Position numbers and translations under genes: made by a program. A stretch of 32,239 nt of DNA from Mycobacteriales bacterium (lineage in GTDB: Bacteria; Actinomycetota; Actinomycetes; JALYNC01). Positions 8,846 to 19,067 of the stretch are shown piece after piece (position 1 is the stretch's first letter; each line of letters begins with the position of its first letter). The DNA lies in the NCBI GenBank assembly GCA_050999825.1, contig JBPCOX010000260.1:1-32239 (forward strand), read 5' to 3'. The notes under the pieces were generated by a model. The model made no database searches and was not told the origin of the DNA. It saw nothing but the letters and a program-made list of their open reading frames with translations.

Positions 8846-8856
8846 TATCAATGATA
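8846..8856. promoter_or_regulatory. palindrome TATCA-A-TGATA immediately upstream of the XRE gene (candidate autoregulatory operator)
   Basis: Perfect 5-bp arms are read directly from the sequence. This is the only AT-rich patch in the 16-nt gap between the GT2 stop (8861) and the HTH start. The element is short and could occur by chance. Confidence 0.25.
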
Positions 8857-8860
8857 GCGC

Positions 8861-10477
8861 TCAGGCTATGTTCGCGGGTCGGCCTTCGGTGGCGTTCAGT
8901 TCGGCCCGTACGGCGGGCAGCACCGCCCGCAGGTAGGCGCCCAGCCGGACGAAGGAGCGCCCCGACGTACGGAAGGCATAGCCGATGGGGACCTCGGCGT
9001 ACCCGAAACCCTGGCCCAGCAGGCTCAGCGTCAGGACCTGCGCGTAGTTGTAGTCGTGCCGGATCACCGCCGCGGCCGCCGCCTGCGGGCTGAACGCGCG
9101 CATACCGCTCTGCCCGTCGGTCAGGTCGCGCCGCCTGGTCATCCAGCGCACCCATCGGGTGAGCAGCACGTTGCCGAGCCGGCGGTGCACCAGCATCCGG
9201 TCGATCCGCCCGGCGAACCGGGAGCCCACGACGTAGTCGGCGCTGCCCTCGAGCACCGGGCGAGCCAGGTCGGGCACCTGCTCGGGCGGGTACTCGCCGT
9301 CGGCGTCGAGGTACACGACGCAGGCCGGCCCGTAGTCCACCGCCTCGGCCAGGCCGCAGCGTAGGGCCGCCCCCAAGCCGGTGTTGGTGCCCAGCGACAC
9401 CACGACGGCCCCGGCCTGGCGGGCCTGCGCGGCGGTGGCGTCGGTCGACCCGTCGTCCACGACGAGACGCACGACGGGCCGGCCGGCCACCCGTTCGGGG
9501 ATCCGGGCCACGACGCCGCCGACCCGCCCCTGCTCGTCGAACGCCGGCAGCACGACGACCACCGGCGCCGTGTCGGCGACCGGTGCCCGCTCGGGGCGGG
9601 CCGGAAGCTGCCGCGGCAACCGGAGCCGGCCGGCGTACGACGGTTCCGGTGCGACCAGCGCGATTCCGCCCACCACGAGGGCGTACAGCGTCTTCAGCGC
9701 GTGCGCGAGGAGGGCCGCGGCCAGCGCCGGTCCGGCCGGGAAGCCGAGGCCGACCAGCGCCGCGGTGGCCGCCGCCTCGTAGCTGCCGAGGCCGCCCGGC
9801 GTGACGGCCACGGTCTGCGCGGCGATCGTCGCGGCGGTCACCACCACCGCCTGGGCGTAGGACAGCGACAGCCCAGCGGCCTCGGCGGCGGCCCACACGA
9901 CCGCGGCCTCCAGCAGCCACGCCACGGTCGCCGCGGCGGCGATCCCCGGTCCGGGCCGGCGCACCGCCGACCCGCCGGCCTGCAGCCGGCGGAGCCACCA
10001 CAGGGTCGCCGCACCCACCGCGAGCAGGACCGCTGTCGCCAGCCAGGGCCAGGGCCCGCGGAGCAGGGTCGGTGCTCCGACCGCGGCCAGCCCGAGCACG
10101 GCGAGCAGGTCGGCGGTCCGCAACGTGACCGCGCTGGCGACCACCTCGGCGGCGGCCAGGTCGGTACGCCGCAGCACGCTGGTCACCCGCAGCACCTCGC
10201 CCAGGCGCAGGGGCAGCAGGTGGTTGCCCAGCAGCGAGACGTGCAGTGCCGCCCAGGACTGGCCGGCCGACAGCCCCGGCAGCATCCGGGACCAGGCCGC
10301 GGCCCGCAGCCCGAACGCCCCGGCGTACAGGACGAGGGCGACCGCCAGCCCGAGCGGCTGCGCCAGCGCGGCGGACAGGGCGGCCCCGACGGGTGCGGCC
10401 GGTACGACGTGCGCCAGGTAGCCCACGGCGAGGGCCAGCACCGCCAGGCCGGCCAGCAGCCGCAGTCGCAAACGCAC
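8861..10477 (-). CDS. fusion protein: N-terminal multi-pass flippase-like (lysyl-PG-synthase-TM/UPF0104-like) domain plus C-terminal family-2 glycosyltransferase (polyprenyl-phosphate sugar synthase-like)
   Basis: The C-terminal half has GT2 motifs: VVVLPAFDEQ, LVVDDGSTDAT, YLDADGEYPPE. The N-terminal ~300 aa are highly hydrophobic with many helices. I chose GTG 10477 because it follows a purine-rich GGCGAGGGGCGGGGG stretch. The longest ORF start (10633) and ATG 10531 would run into the divergent gene. Confidence 0.78.
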   Translation of the reverse strand: MRLRLRLLAGLAVLALAVGYLAHVVPAAPVGAALSAALAQPLGLAVALVLYAGAFGLRAAAWSRMLPGLSAGQSWAALHVSLLGNHLLPLRLGEVLRVTSVLRRTDLAAAEVVASAVTLRTADLLAVLGLAAVGAPTLLRGPWPWLATAVLLAVGAATLWWLRRLQAGGSAVRRPGPGIAAAATVAWLLEAAVVWAAAEAAGLSLSYAQAVVVTAATIAAQTVAVTPGGLGSYEAAATAALVGLGFPAGPALAAALLAHALKTLYALVVGGIALVAPEPSYAGRLRLPRQLPARPERAPVADTAPVVVVLPAFDEQGRVGGVVARIPERVAGRPVVRLVVDDGSTDATAAQARQAGAVVVSLGTNTGLGAALRCGLAEAVDYGPACVVYLDADGEYPPEQVPDLARPVLEGSADYVVGSRFAGRIDRMLVHRRLGNVLLTRWVRWMTRRRDLTDGQSGMRAFSPQAAAAAVIRHDYNYAQVLTLSLLGQGFGYAEVPIGYAFRTSGRSFVRLGAYLRAVLPAVRAELNATEGRPANIA

Positions 10478-10529
10478 GCCAGCCCCCGCCCCTCGCCTTC
10501 GGAAGTTAGGCAAGGCTACCTTTACCGTC

Positions 10530-12008
10530 ATGCCCGTCCGGAAGCTGTCCGCGGACACCGTCGCTGACCCCGCGGACGTGACCGGTGCCGGCCGGCTGCG
10601 CGCGGGCCTGCTGCTGGTGTTCCTCGTCGCCACCTCGGCCGGGGCCCTCGGCGTCGGCGTGCGGGCCAGCGCCGAGGGCTACGCCGCGGTGGACGAGCCG
10701 CAGTACCTGCTCAGCGCACTGTCCCTGTTCGAGGACGGCGACCTGGACATCGCCGACGAGTTGGCCGAGCGGCGCTGGCTGGCCTTCCACGCCGAGGGCG
10801 CGCTGCCGGTCCAGACCGAGCTCCGGCCCGACGGGCGCCAGCTGTCGCCGCACGACCCGCTGCTGCCGCTGTTGCTCGCCGTGCCGATGGGGCTGGGCGG
10901 TGTCGTGGCCGCGAAGTTGGCGCTGGCGGTGCTGGCCGGCTGCACCGCGGCGGGCACGTTGTGGATCGCCGTACGCCGACTCGCCCTTCCGCCGACCGTC
11001 GCCGTCCCGGGCGTCGCGCTGCTGTTCGGCTGCTCGCCGCTGGCCGTCTACGGCCAGCAGGGCTACCCCGAGCTGCCGGCCGCGCTGGCCGTGCTCGGCG
11101 CGGTGGCCGCACTGACCGGGCCCCTGGACCGCAGGGGCTCGGTGCTGCTGGTCGGCGCCGTCGTGGCGCTGCCCTGGCTGTCGGTGAAGTACGCCCTCGT
11201 CGCGGCGTCGCTGGCCCTGCTCGGATTGACCCGGCTGGGCCGACGCCGCGGCCCGATCGCCGCCGCCGCGGCCGCCCTCGGACTGGCCGCGGCCGGTGCG
11301 GTGTACCTGCTGCTGCACGAGCTGATCTACGGCGGGTGGACCGTCTACTCCGCCGGGGACCATTTCCAGGGCTCCGGCGAGTTCGGCGTGGTCGGCTTCG
11401 ACCCGGACTACCCGGGTCGGAGCATCCGCCTGCTCGGGCTGCTCGTGGACCGTGACTTCGGGTTGGCCGCCTGGCAGCCGGCCTGGCTGCTGCTGGTCCC
11501 GGCGGCCGCGGCGCTGGCCGCGGTGCGACCGCGGCACGGCCTGACGCTGGCCGTTCCGCTGGCCGCCGGCTGGTTCACCGCGACGTTCGTCGCCCTGACC
11601 ATGCACGGCTTCTGGTGGCCCGGCCGCCAGCTCGTGGTCGTGCTGCCGCTGGCCGGCCTGGTCGGATTGTGGTGGGTGGCCCGGCTGCCGGCCGCGGTCC
11701 GCTGGCTGGCCGCGGCCGCGGCGGCGTGGGGGGTGGCGATCTACGGCGTCGTGCTGCAGGCGGGCTGGACGGGGCGGGCCGACTGGCTGGGGGCGCCGGA
11801 CGACCTGTCGCTGCATGTGCCGCTGGCCTGGGTGTTTCCCGACGACCGGGTGCTGGCCGGCACCGACGTGGCGCTGTACGGCCTGTGGCTCGCGCTGGCC
11901 GCCGTCGCGGCCGTCGCGGCGTGGCTCAACGCGCGCGAGTCGTCGCCCGCGCGAACCAGCGGCCCTCGGCCTGCTCCAGGTGCAGGGACGTCCCGAACGT
12001 CGCGCTGA
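10530..12008 (+). CDS. polytopic membrane protein, GT-C-type (ArnT/PMT-like) glycosyltransferase candidate
   Basis: It has about 10 or more hydrophobic helices. An acidic motif sits in the first extracytoplasmic loop (AAVDEPQYLLSALSLFEDGDLDIADE), as in GT-C enzymes. It lies divergent from the GT2 fusion gene. The 3' end overlaps the convergent ABC gene by 83 nt. Confidence 0.6.
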   Translation: MPVRKLSADTVADPADVTGAGRLRAGLLLVFLVATSAGALGVGVRASAEGYAAVDEPQYLLSALSLFEDGDLDIADELAERRWLAFHAEGALPVQTELRPDGRQLSPHDPLLPLLLAVPMGLGGVVAAKLALAVLAGCTAAGTLWIAVRRLALPPTVAVPGVALLFGCSPLAVYGQQGYPELPAALAVLGAVAALTGPLDRRGSVLLVGAVVALPWLSVKYALVAASLALLGLTRLGRRRGPIAAAAAALGLAAAGAVYLLLHELIYGGWTVYSAGDHFQGSGEFGVVGFDPDYPGRSIRLLGLLVDRDFGLAAWQPAWLLLVPAAAALAAVRPRHGLTLAVPLAAGWFTATFVALTMHGFWWPGRQLVVVLPLAGLVGLWWVARLPAAVRWLAAAAAAWGVAIYGVVLQAGWTGRADWLGAPDDLSLHVPLAWVFPDDRVLAGTDVALYGLWLALAAVAAVAAWLNARESSPARTSGPRPAPGAGTSRTSR

Positions 12009-12753
12009 GGTGGTCCTCGGTCAGCACGTCGGTGAGCAGTCCCGCCGCGACCACCCGCCCGGCGCGCAGCAGCAGAGCGTGGGTGAACCCGGGCGGGATC
12101 TCCTCGACGTGGTGGGTGACCAGGACCAGGGCGGGCGCATCGGGGTCGGCGGCCAGTTCGGTGAGCCGCGCGATCAGGTCCTCCCGGCCGCCGAGATCCA
12201 ACCCGGCGGCCGGCTCGTCCAGCAGCATGAGTTCCGGATCGGTCATCAGCGCGCGGGCGATCTGCACCCGCTTGCGCTCGCCCTCGGACAGCGTCCCGAA
12301 CGTCCGCTCGGCGAGGGGGCCGACCCCGAGCTGGCCGAGCAGCGCCGTGGCCCGGCCCAGGTCGGCGTCCTCGTAGCGCTCGCGCCAGCGCCCCACCACG
12401 GCGGACGACGCACTGACGACCACGTCCAGCACCCGCTCGTCGGCCGGGATCCGCCCGGCCAGCTCGGCGGTGGTCAACCCGATCCGCGGCCGCAGCTCGA
12501 ACACGTCCACCGCGCCGAGCTGCTCGCCCAACACGAACGCCGTCCCGGCGGTCGGGTGCAGCTGGGCGCTGATGAGCTGCAGCAGCGTGGTCTTGCCCGC
12601 GCCGTTCGGGCCGAGGACGACCCAACGCTCGTCGAGTTCGACCGACCAGGAGAGTTCGGCCAGCAGGTCGTTGCCGCCGCGGCGTACGGAGACCTCCGCC
12701 AGGTGGACGACGAGATCCTCGTGCAGGGCAGGCACCGCCCAATCCAACCGCAC
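11926..12753 (-). CDS. ABC transporter ATP-binding protein (stand-alone ATPase, no permease gene adjacent)
   Basis: Walker A is GPNGAGKTTLLQLI, the signature is LSEGERKRVQIARAL, and Walker B is LMLLDEPAAGLD. The start is uncertain (GTG 12753, GTG 12735 or ATG 12798). Confidence 0.8.
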   Translation of the reverse strand: MRLDWAVPALHEDLVVHLAEVSVRRGGNDLLAELSWSVELDERWVVLGPNGAGKTTLLQLISAQLHPTAGTAFVLGEQLGAVDVFELRPRIGLTTAELAGRIPADERVLDVVVSASSAVVGRWRERYEDADLGRATALLGQLGVGPLAERTFGTLSEGERKRVQIARALMTDPELMLLDEPAAGLDLGGREDLIARLTELAADPDAPALVLVTHHVEEIPPGFTHALLLRAGRVVAAGLLTDVLTEDHLSATFGTSLHLEQAEGRWFARATTRAR

Positions 12754-12796
12754 GCCCGTCCGGCCGGTCGCGCGGTGCACCCTAGGGTGCCCCAGC

Positions 12797-14872
<2,076 letters not shown>

Positions 14873-14873
14873 C

Positions 14874-15917
14874 GTGAGTCGCGCACGGTGTGAGGTGGTC
14901 CCCGGTCCCGGCAGCGTGGCGCGGCGACGCGACAGCCTGTTGTGGGCCTCGGAGTCGATCCCGGAATCGGTGTGGGACACCCTCGTCGCCTGCCTCGGAC
15001 TGGGTGCGCGGGCCGGCGCCAGCGCCGCGGTCTTGCAGGGCCTGGCCGAGACGATGCTGCCGGGCCTGGATCACGGCAGCGCGTTCGCCATCGTGGTCAG
15101 CGACGGCACGGCCGGCTTCGTCCTGCGGCACGGTGGGGCCGAGGTGCTGGTCGATGGCGAACCGATCCCGGGCGGCCCTCTGACGCCGCTGGGCGCCGGA
15201 ACCTCCCTGCTCGTCGGCGAGCCGACCGCGGTGCGGGCCGCGGCCGAGCAGGCACCGGCGTACCGGCACGACCTCGACGGCGGCGCCGTGCCCGGGGCGG
15301 CATTGCGCTGGACCCCCGCGGCGCGTGCCGAGGCGCTGGCCTCGGCCGTTCCCGCGCCGCCGCCCGCGGAATCCGCGCCCGTCGTCGCGCAACCCGGACC
15401 GGAGTTGCCGTCGGCCGGCCTGTTGCCGTCGGCCGGCCTGTTGCCGTCGGCCGCCCCGTCGCCGTCGGCCGCCCCGTCGCCGACGCCCGAATTCGCGGCC
15501 GAGGCGACCTCCGACCCGGAGCGCACCGAGTTCCACCCGCCGCCGGATCCCGAGTCCCCGACGACCAGCGGGTTCCGGCCGAACGCCGGAGTGCTGGTGT
15601 TCGAGGACGGCGCGACCATCTCCCTGCACGGTGACGTCGTCCTCGGCCGGCGACCGGACGCCCACGAATTGGTGGTCAACGGCCAGGCCGAGCCGGTGGT
15701 CATCAACGACCCCGATCACGTGCTGTCCGGGGCCCACGCCGCCATCCGCTGTCACGGCGACGACGTGGTCGTCGTCGACCTGGATTCGCTGAACGGCACC
15801 CACGTCGCCGCGCCCGAGGCCCGGGAATGGACCCGCCTCAACCCCGGTGCGCCGTTCCGGATGGAGGACGGCTTCCGGATGCTGCTGGGCTGGACGGTGC
15901 TGACCTACCGGCGCTAG
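14874..15917 (+). CDS. FHA-domain protein (C-terminal FHA, repeat-containing Pro/Ser/Ala linker)
   Basis: The C-terminal FHA reads VVLGRRPD..VLSGAHAAI..DLDSLNGTHV. GTG 14874 lies 1 nt after the glgX stop (14870-14872) and follows an AGGGAGG Shine-Dalgarno at 14863-14869. Confidence 0.75.
   Translation: MSRARCEVVPGPGSVARRRDSLLWASESIPESVWDTLVACLGLGARAGASAAVLQGLAETMLPGLDHGSAFAIVVSDGTAGFVLRHGGAEVLVDGEPIPGGPLTPLGAGTSLLVGEPTAVRAAAEQAPAYRHDLDGGAVPGAALRWTPAARAEALASAVPAPPPAESAPVVAQPGPELPSAGLLPSAGLLPSAAPSPSAAPSPTPEFAAEATSDPERTEFHPPPDPESPTTSGFRPNAGVLVFEDGATISLHGDVVLGRRPDAHELVVNGQAEPVVINDPDHVLSGAHAAIRCHGDDVVVVDLDSLNGTHVAAPEAREWTRLNPGAPFRMEDGFRMLLGWTVLTYRR
15404..15485 (+). repeat. in-frame 18-bp tandem repeat, about 4.5 units, inside the FHA gene
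   Basis: The units are gttgccgtcggccggcct x2 (identical, 15404-15439), then gttgccgtcggccgcccc, gtcgccgtcggccgcccc and a partial unit. Together they encode LPSAGLLPSAGLLPSAAPSPSAAPSPTP. Confidence 0.85.
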
Positions 15918-15936
15918 GACGCTGGAGGCGACTAGG

Positions 15937-16419
15937 TCAGCCGACCACCACAGCGAGGGCCCAGATCGCCACCGCGACCAGACCGGCGGCCAGTTCGATG
16001 AGCACGCCGAAGCCGACGGCGCGCAGGGTGGTCCGGGTCGAGCGCCACGCCGCGGAGTTCCTACCCAGGCGGCGGAGTTCCGCGGCGTAGACCCCGAGCA
16101 CGCCGCCGACCGGCAGGCCGATCACCGGGATCACGAAGAACCCGACGACCGCCGCCAGCGCACCCACCACCAGCGTCGAGCGCGGCGCCCCGGCCGCGGC
16201 CAGGCTGCGCGCGGGAAGTACATACTTCGCCACCGTGCCGACCGCCAGCACGGCCAGGATCACCCCGAACACCACCCAGGCGTAGCTGTCCTGCTCGGCC
16301 AGCGCCCAAACCAGAGCCGCCCCGGCGACCAGCAACAGCCCGGGCAGCAGCGGCACCAGTACCCCGATGACGCCCACCGCCATCACCAGGGCGACGAGCA
16401 GCAGGCCGCCGGCTTCCAC
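15937..16419 (-). CDS. DUF456-like small integral membrane protein
   Basis: It is hydrophobic and Gly/Val/Leu-rich (LLLVALVMAVGVIGVLVPLLPGLLLVAGAALVWA.., VVGFFVIPVIGLPVGGVLGVYAAE). GTG 16419 lies 2 nt after the glgP stop. The longer ORF extending to 16761 overlaps glgP. Confidence 0.68.
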   Translation of the reverse strand: MEAGGLLLVALVMAVGVIGVLVPLLPGLLLVAGAALVWALAEQDSYAWVVFGVILAVLAVGTVAKYVLPARSLAAAGAPRSTLVVGALAAVVGFFVIPVIGLPVGGVLGVYAAELRRLGRNSAAWRSTRTTLRAVGFGVLIELAAGLVAVAIWALAVVVG

Positions 16420-16421
16420 GC

Positions 16422-18998
16422 TCAGGCCGAGACGACGAGCCCGAGTTCGGCCGGCGTGCAGAGCCGGTCGTGCCGCGGCAACACCCGCACCGTGTAGCCG
16501 AACCCGCCGGTGCGCTCCAGCGGTACCGCCGTCTCGTACCAGTGCCGGCTGCCGTCCGAGCCGACGAACTCCATCGGTAGCAGGCTGACGTCGTGCAGCA
16601 TCTCGGCGTCGTCGGCCGGGCCGTACGCCGCCTGGACTTCCACGTCCTGCGGGTTCAGGCCGCCCAGCACGACCTCGGCCCGCAGCGACAACCGGCTGCC
16701 GAGTTCCGGGATGTCCCCGACGCCGCTGGACTCCACGTGCGCCACCTGGACCTCGGGCCACTGCGCGCGGATCCGCTGCTGCCAGGCCGACAGCTCGCGT
16801 GCACCGGCGAAGTCGTCCTCGGCCAGTGCGGTGGCCGCTCGCGCCGCGGGGGCGTAGAGGTGGTCGACGTAGTCGCGGACCATCCGCGAGGCCAGCACCT
16901 TGGGACCCAAGGTCTGCAGGGTGTGGCGCACCATTTCGACCCAGCGCCCGGGGACCCCGGCGGCGTCACGGTCGTAGAACCGGGTCGCTACCTGCTTTCC
17001 GAGCAGGTCGTAAAGCGCGTTGGCCTCCAGATCGTCGCGCCGCTCGGCGTCGTACACCCCGTCCGCGGTCGGGATGGCCCACCCGTTCGCGCCGTCGTAC
17101 ATCTGGTCCCACCAGCCGTCGCGGATCGACAGGTTAAGCCCGCCGTTCAGCGCCGACTTCATCCCCGAGGTGCCGCAGGCTTCCAGGGGCCGTAACGGGT
17201 TGTTCAGCCAGACGTCGCAGCCCCAGTAGAGGTAGCGCGCCATCCCGATGTCGTAGTCGGGCAGGAAGACCAGCCGGTGGCGGATCTCCGGATCGTCGGC
17301 GAAGCGCACCATCTGCTGGATCAAGGCCTTGCCGCCGTCGTCGGCCGGGTGGCTCTTGCCCGCGATGACCAGTTGCACGGGCCGGTCGGGGTCCAGGAGC
17401 AGGTCCCGCAACCGCTTCGGGTCGCGCAGCATGAGGGTCAGCCGCTTGTACGACGGCACGCGGCGGGCGAACCCGACTGTGAGCACGTCCTCGTTGAGCA
17501 CGGTGTCGGCCCAGCCCACCTCGGCTTCGCTGGCGCCGCGCTGCAGCGCCGAGGCCCGCACGCGGCGGCGTACCTCTTCCACCAGCCGGCCGCGCAGCGT
17601 GCGACGTAGCTTCCAGATCGTCTCGGCCGAGGTGTCCGCGATCGGCGCGAAGTCCGCCGGATCGCCTTGCAGCCGCAGGCCGTCGCCGTGCGTGGCCAGT
17701 TCCAGGATCTCCCGCGCCGCCCAGGTCGGCGCGTGCACGCCGTTGGTGACCGAGGAGATCGGCACCTCGGTGGTGTCGAACCCGGCCCACAGCGAGCCGA
17801 ACATCTCCCGGCTGACCGCGCCGTGCAGCGCGCTGACGCCGTTGGCCCGCTGGCTCAGGCGCAGACCCATGTGGGCCATGTTGAACACGCCGGTGTCCCC
17901 CGCCTCGGCGCCGAGGGCGAGGATGCGATCCAGCGGTACGCCGGGTGGGGCGTTGGATCCGCCGAAGTAGGACCGGATCAGCTCAACCGGGAAACGGTCG
18001 ATCCCGGCCGGAACCGGGGTGTGCGTGGTGAACACGGTGCCCGCCCGCACCGCCTGCAGGGCCTCGTCGAAGCTGAGCGGGGTGCCGCCGGCCGAACGCT
18101 CGGTGAGCTCGCGGATCCGCTCCAGCCCGAGGAAGCCTGCGTGGCCCTCGTTGGTGTGGAACACCTCCGGCTCGGCGCTGCCGGTCAGTCGGCAGTAGGC
18201 GCGGATCGCGCGTACGCCGCCGATGCCGAGCAGCATCTCCTGGACCAGGCGATGGTCCTTGCCGCCGCCGTAGAGCCGGTCGGTGACCTGGCGCTGCGCG
18301 GGGTCGTTGTCCTCGATGTCGGAGTCGAGCAGCAGCAGCGGCACCCGCCCGACCTGCGCCCGCCAGAGTTGGGCGTGCAGGGTGTGCCCCTCGGGCAGCC
18401 CGATGGAGATCCGCACGGGGGTGTCGTCGACCTCCCGGACCAGCGACAGCGGGAGGCCGTGCGGGTCCAGCGCCGGGTAGTGCTCGAGCTGCCAGCCGTC
18501 GGCGGACAGGCTCTGGCTGAAGTAGCCCGCCCGGTAGAGCAGGCCGACGGCCAGGATCGGTACGCCGAGGTCGCTGGCCGCCTTGAGGTGGTCACCGGCC
18601 AGGATGCCCAGGCCACCGGAGTACTGCGGGAGCACCTCGGTGATGCCGAACTCGGGGCTGAAATAGGCCACCGCGGCCGGCCCGGCGTCCGGCCCCCGGT
18701 AGTGGTCCTGGTACCACTGCGCCGCGCTGAGGTAGTCGCCGAGGTCGTCGACCAGGTCCGACAGCCGGCGCAAGAAGCGCTTGTCCTTGCTCAGCGCGGC
18801 CAGCCGCGGCGCGGACACCTCGCCGAGCAGGGTCACCGGATCGCCCTTGGCGGCCCGCCACAGCTCGGGATCGATCGCCTCGAGCAGTTCACGGGTCTCC
18901 GCATGCCACGACCAGCGCAGGTTGTGCACAAGCTCGCCCAGCGGCTCGAGCTGCGGTGGGAGGGTGGCCCGCACGGTGAAGCGGCGCAGTGCTTTCAC
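16422..18998 (-). CDS. glgP: alpha-glucan (glycogen/maltodextrin) phosphorylase, actinobacterial GlgP type
   Basis: GGLGILAGDHLKAASDLG is present, as is the PLP-lysine region EACGTSGMKSALNG. The N-terminus VKALRRFTVRATLPPQLEPL is typical of the family. I chose GTG 18998; the upstream extension to 19115 is Gly-rich repeat translation. Confidence 0.9.
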   Translation of the reverse strand: MKALRRFTVRATLPPQLEPLGELVHNLRWSWHAETRELLEAIDPELWRAAKGDPVTLLGEVSAPRLAALSKDKRFLRRLSDLVDDLGDYLSAAQWYQDHYRGPDAGPAAVAYFSPEFGITEVLPQYSGGLGILAGDHLKAASDLGVPILAVGLLYRAGYFSQSLSADGWQLEHYPALDPHGLPLSLVREVDDTPVRISIGLPEGHTLHAQLWRAQVGRVPLLLLDSDIEDNDPAQRQVTDRLYGGGKDHRLVQEMLLGIGGVRAIRAYCRLTGSAEPEVFHTNEGHAGFLGLERIRELTERSAGGTPLSFDEALQAVRAGTVFTTHTPVPAGIDRFPVELIRSYFGGSNAPPGVPLDRILALGAEAGDTGVFNMAHMGLRLSQRANGVSALHGAVSREMFGSLWAGFDTTEVPISSVTNGVHAPTWAAREILELATHGDGLRLQGDPADFAPIADTSAETIWKLRRTLRGRLVEEVRRRVRASALQRGASEAEVGWADTVLNEDVLTVGFARRVPSYKRLTLMLRDPKRLRDLLLDPDRPVQLVIAGKSHPADDGGKALIQQMVRFADDPEIRHRLVFLPDYDIGMARYLYWGCDVWLNNPLRPLEACGTSGMKSALNGGLNLSIRDGWWDQMYDGANGWAIPTADGVYDAERRDDLEANALYDLLGKQVATRFYDRDAAGVPGRWVEMVRHTLQTLGPKVLASRMVRDYVDHLYAPAARAATALAEDDFAGARELSAWQQRIRAQWPEVQVAHVESSGVGDIPELGSRLSLRAEVVLGGLNPQDVEVQAAYGPADDAEMLHDVSLLPMEFVGSDGSRHWYETAVPLERTGGFGYTVRVLPRHDRLCTPAELGLVVSA

Positions 18999-19067
18999 CG
19001 GGGGCACGATACCCAACCTCGGTACCAGTCCCGGACCGTCGATGACAGCGCTTTCAGGGTGGCCGCT

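Noticed and set aside
10529-10532. Divergent gene pairs whose longest ORFs appear to share a CATG, with ATG on both strands. This occurs at 10529-10532 (GT2 fusion / GT-C-like) and at 12796-12799 (ABC ATPase / glgX).
   Set aside because: Back-to-back start codons would leave no promoter space. A downstream GTG is available for the minus-strand gene in both cases (10477, and 12753 or 12735), and 10477 follows a purine-rich tract. I treat the shared CATG as coincidence from ORF extension, not as a feature.
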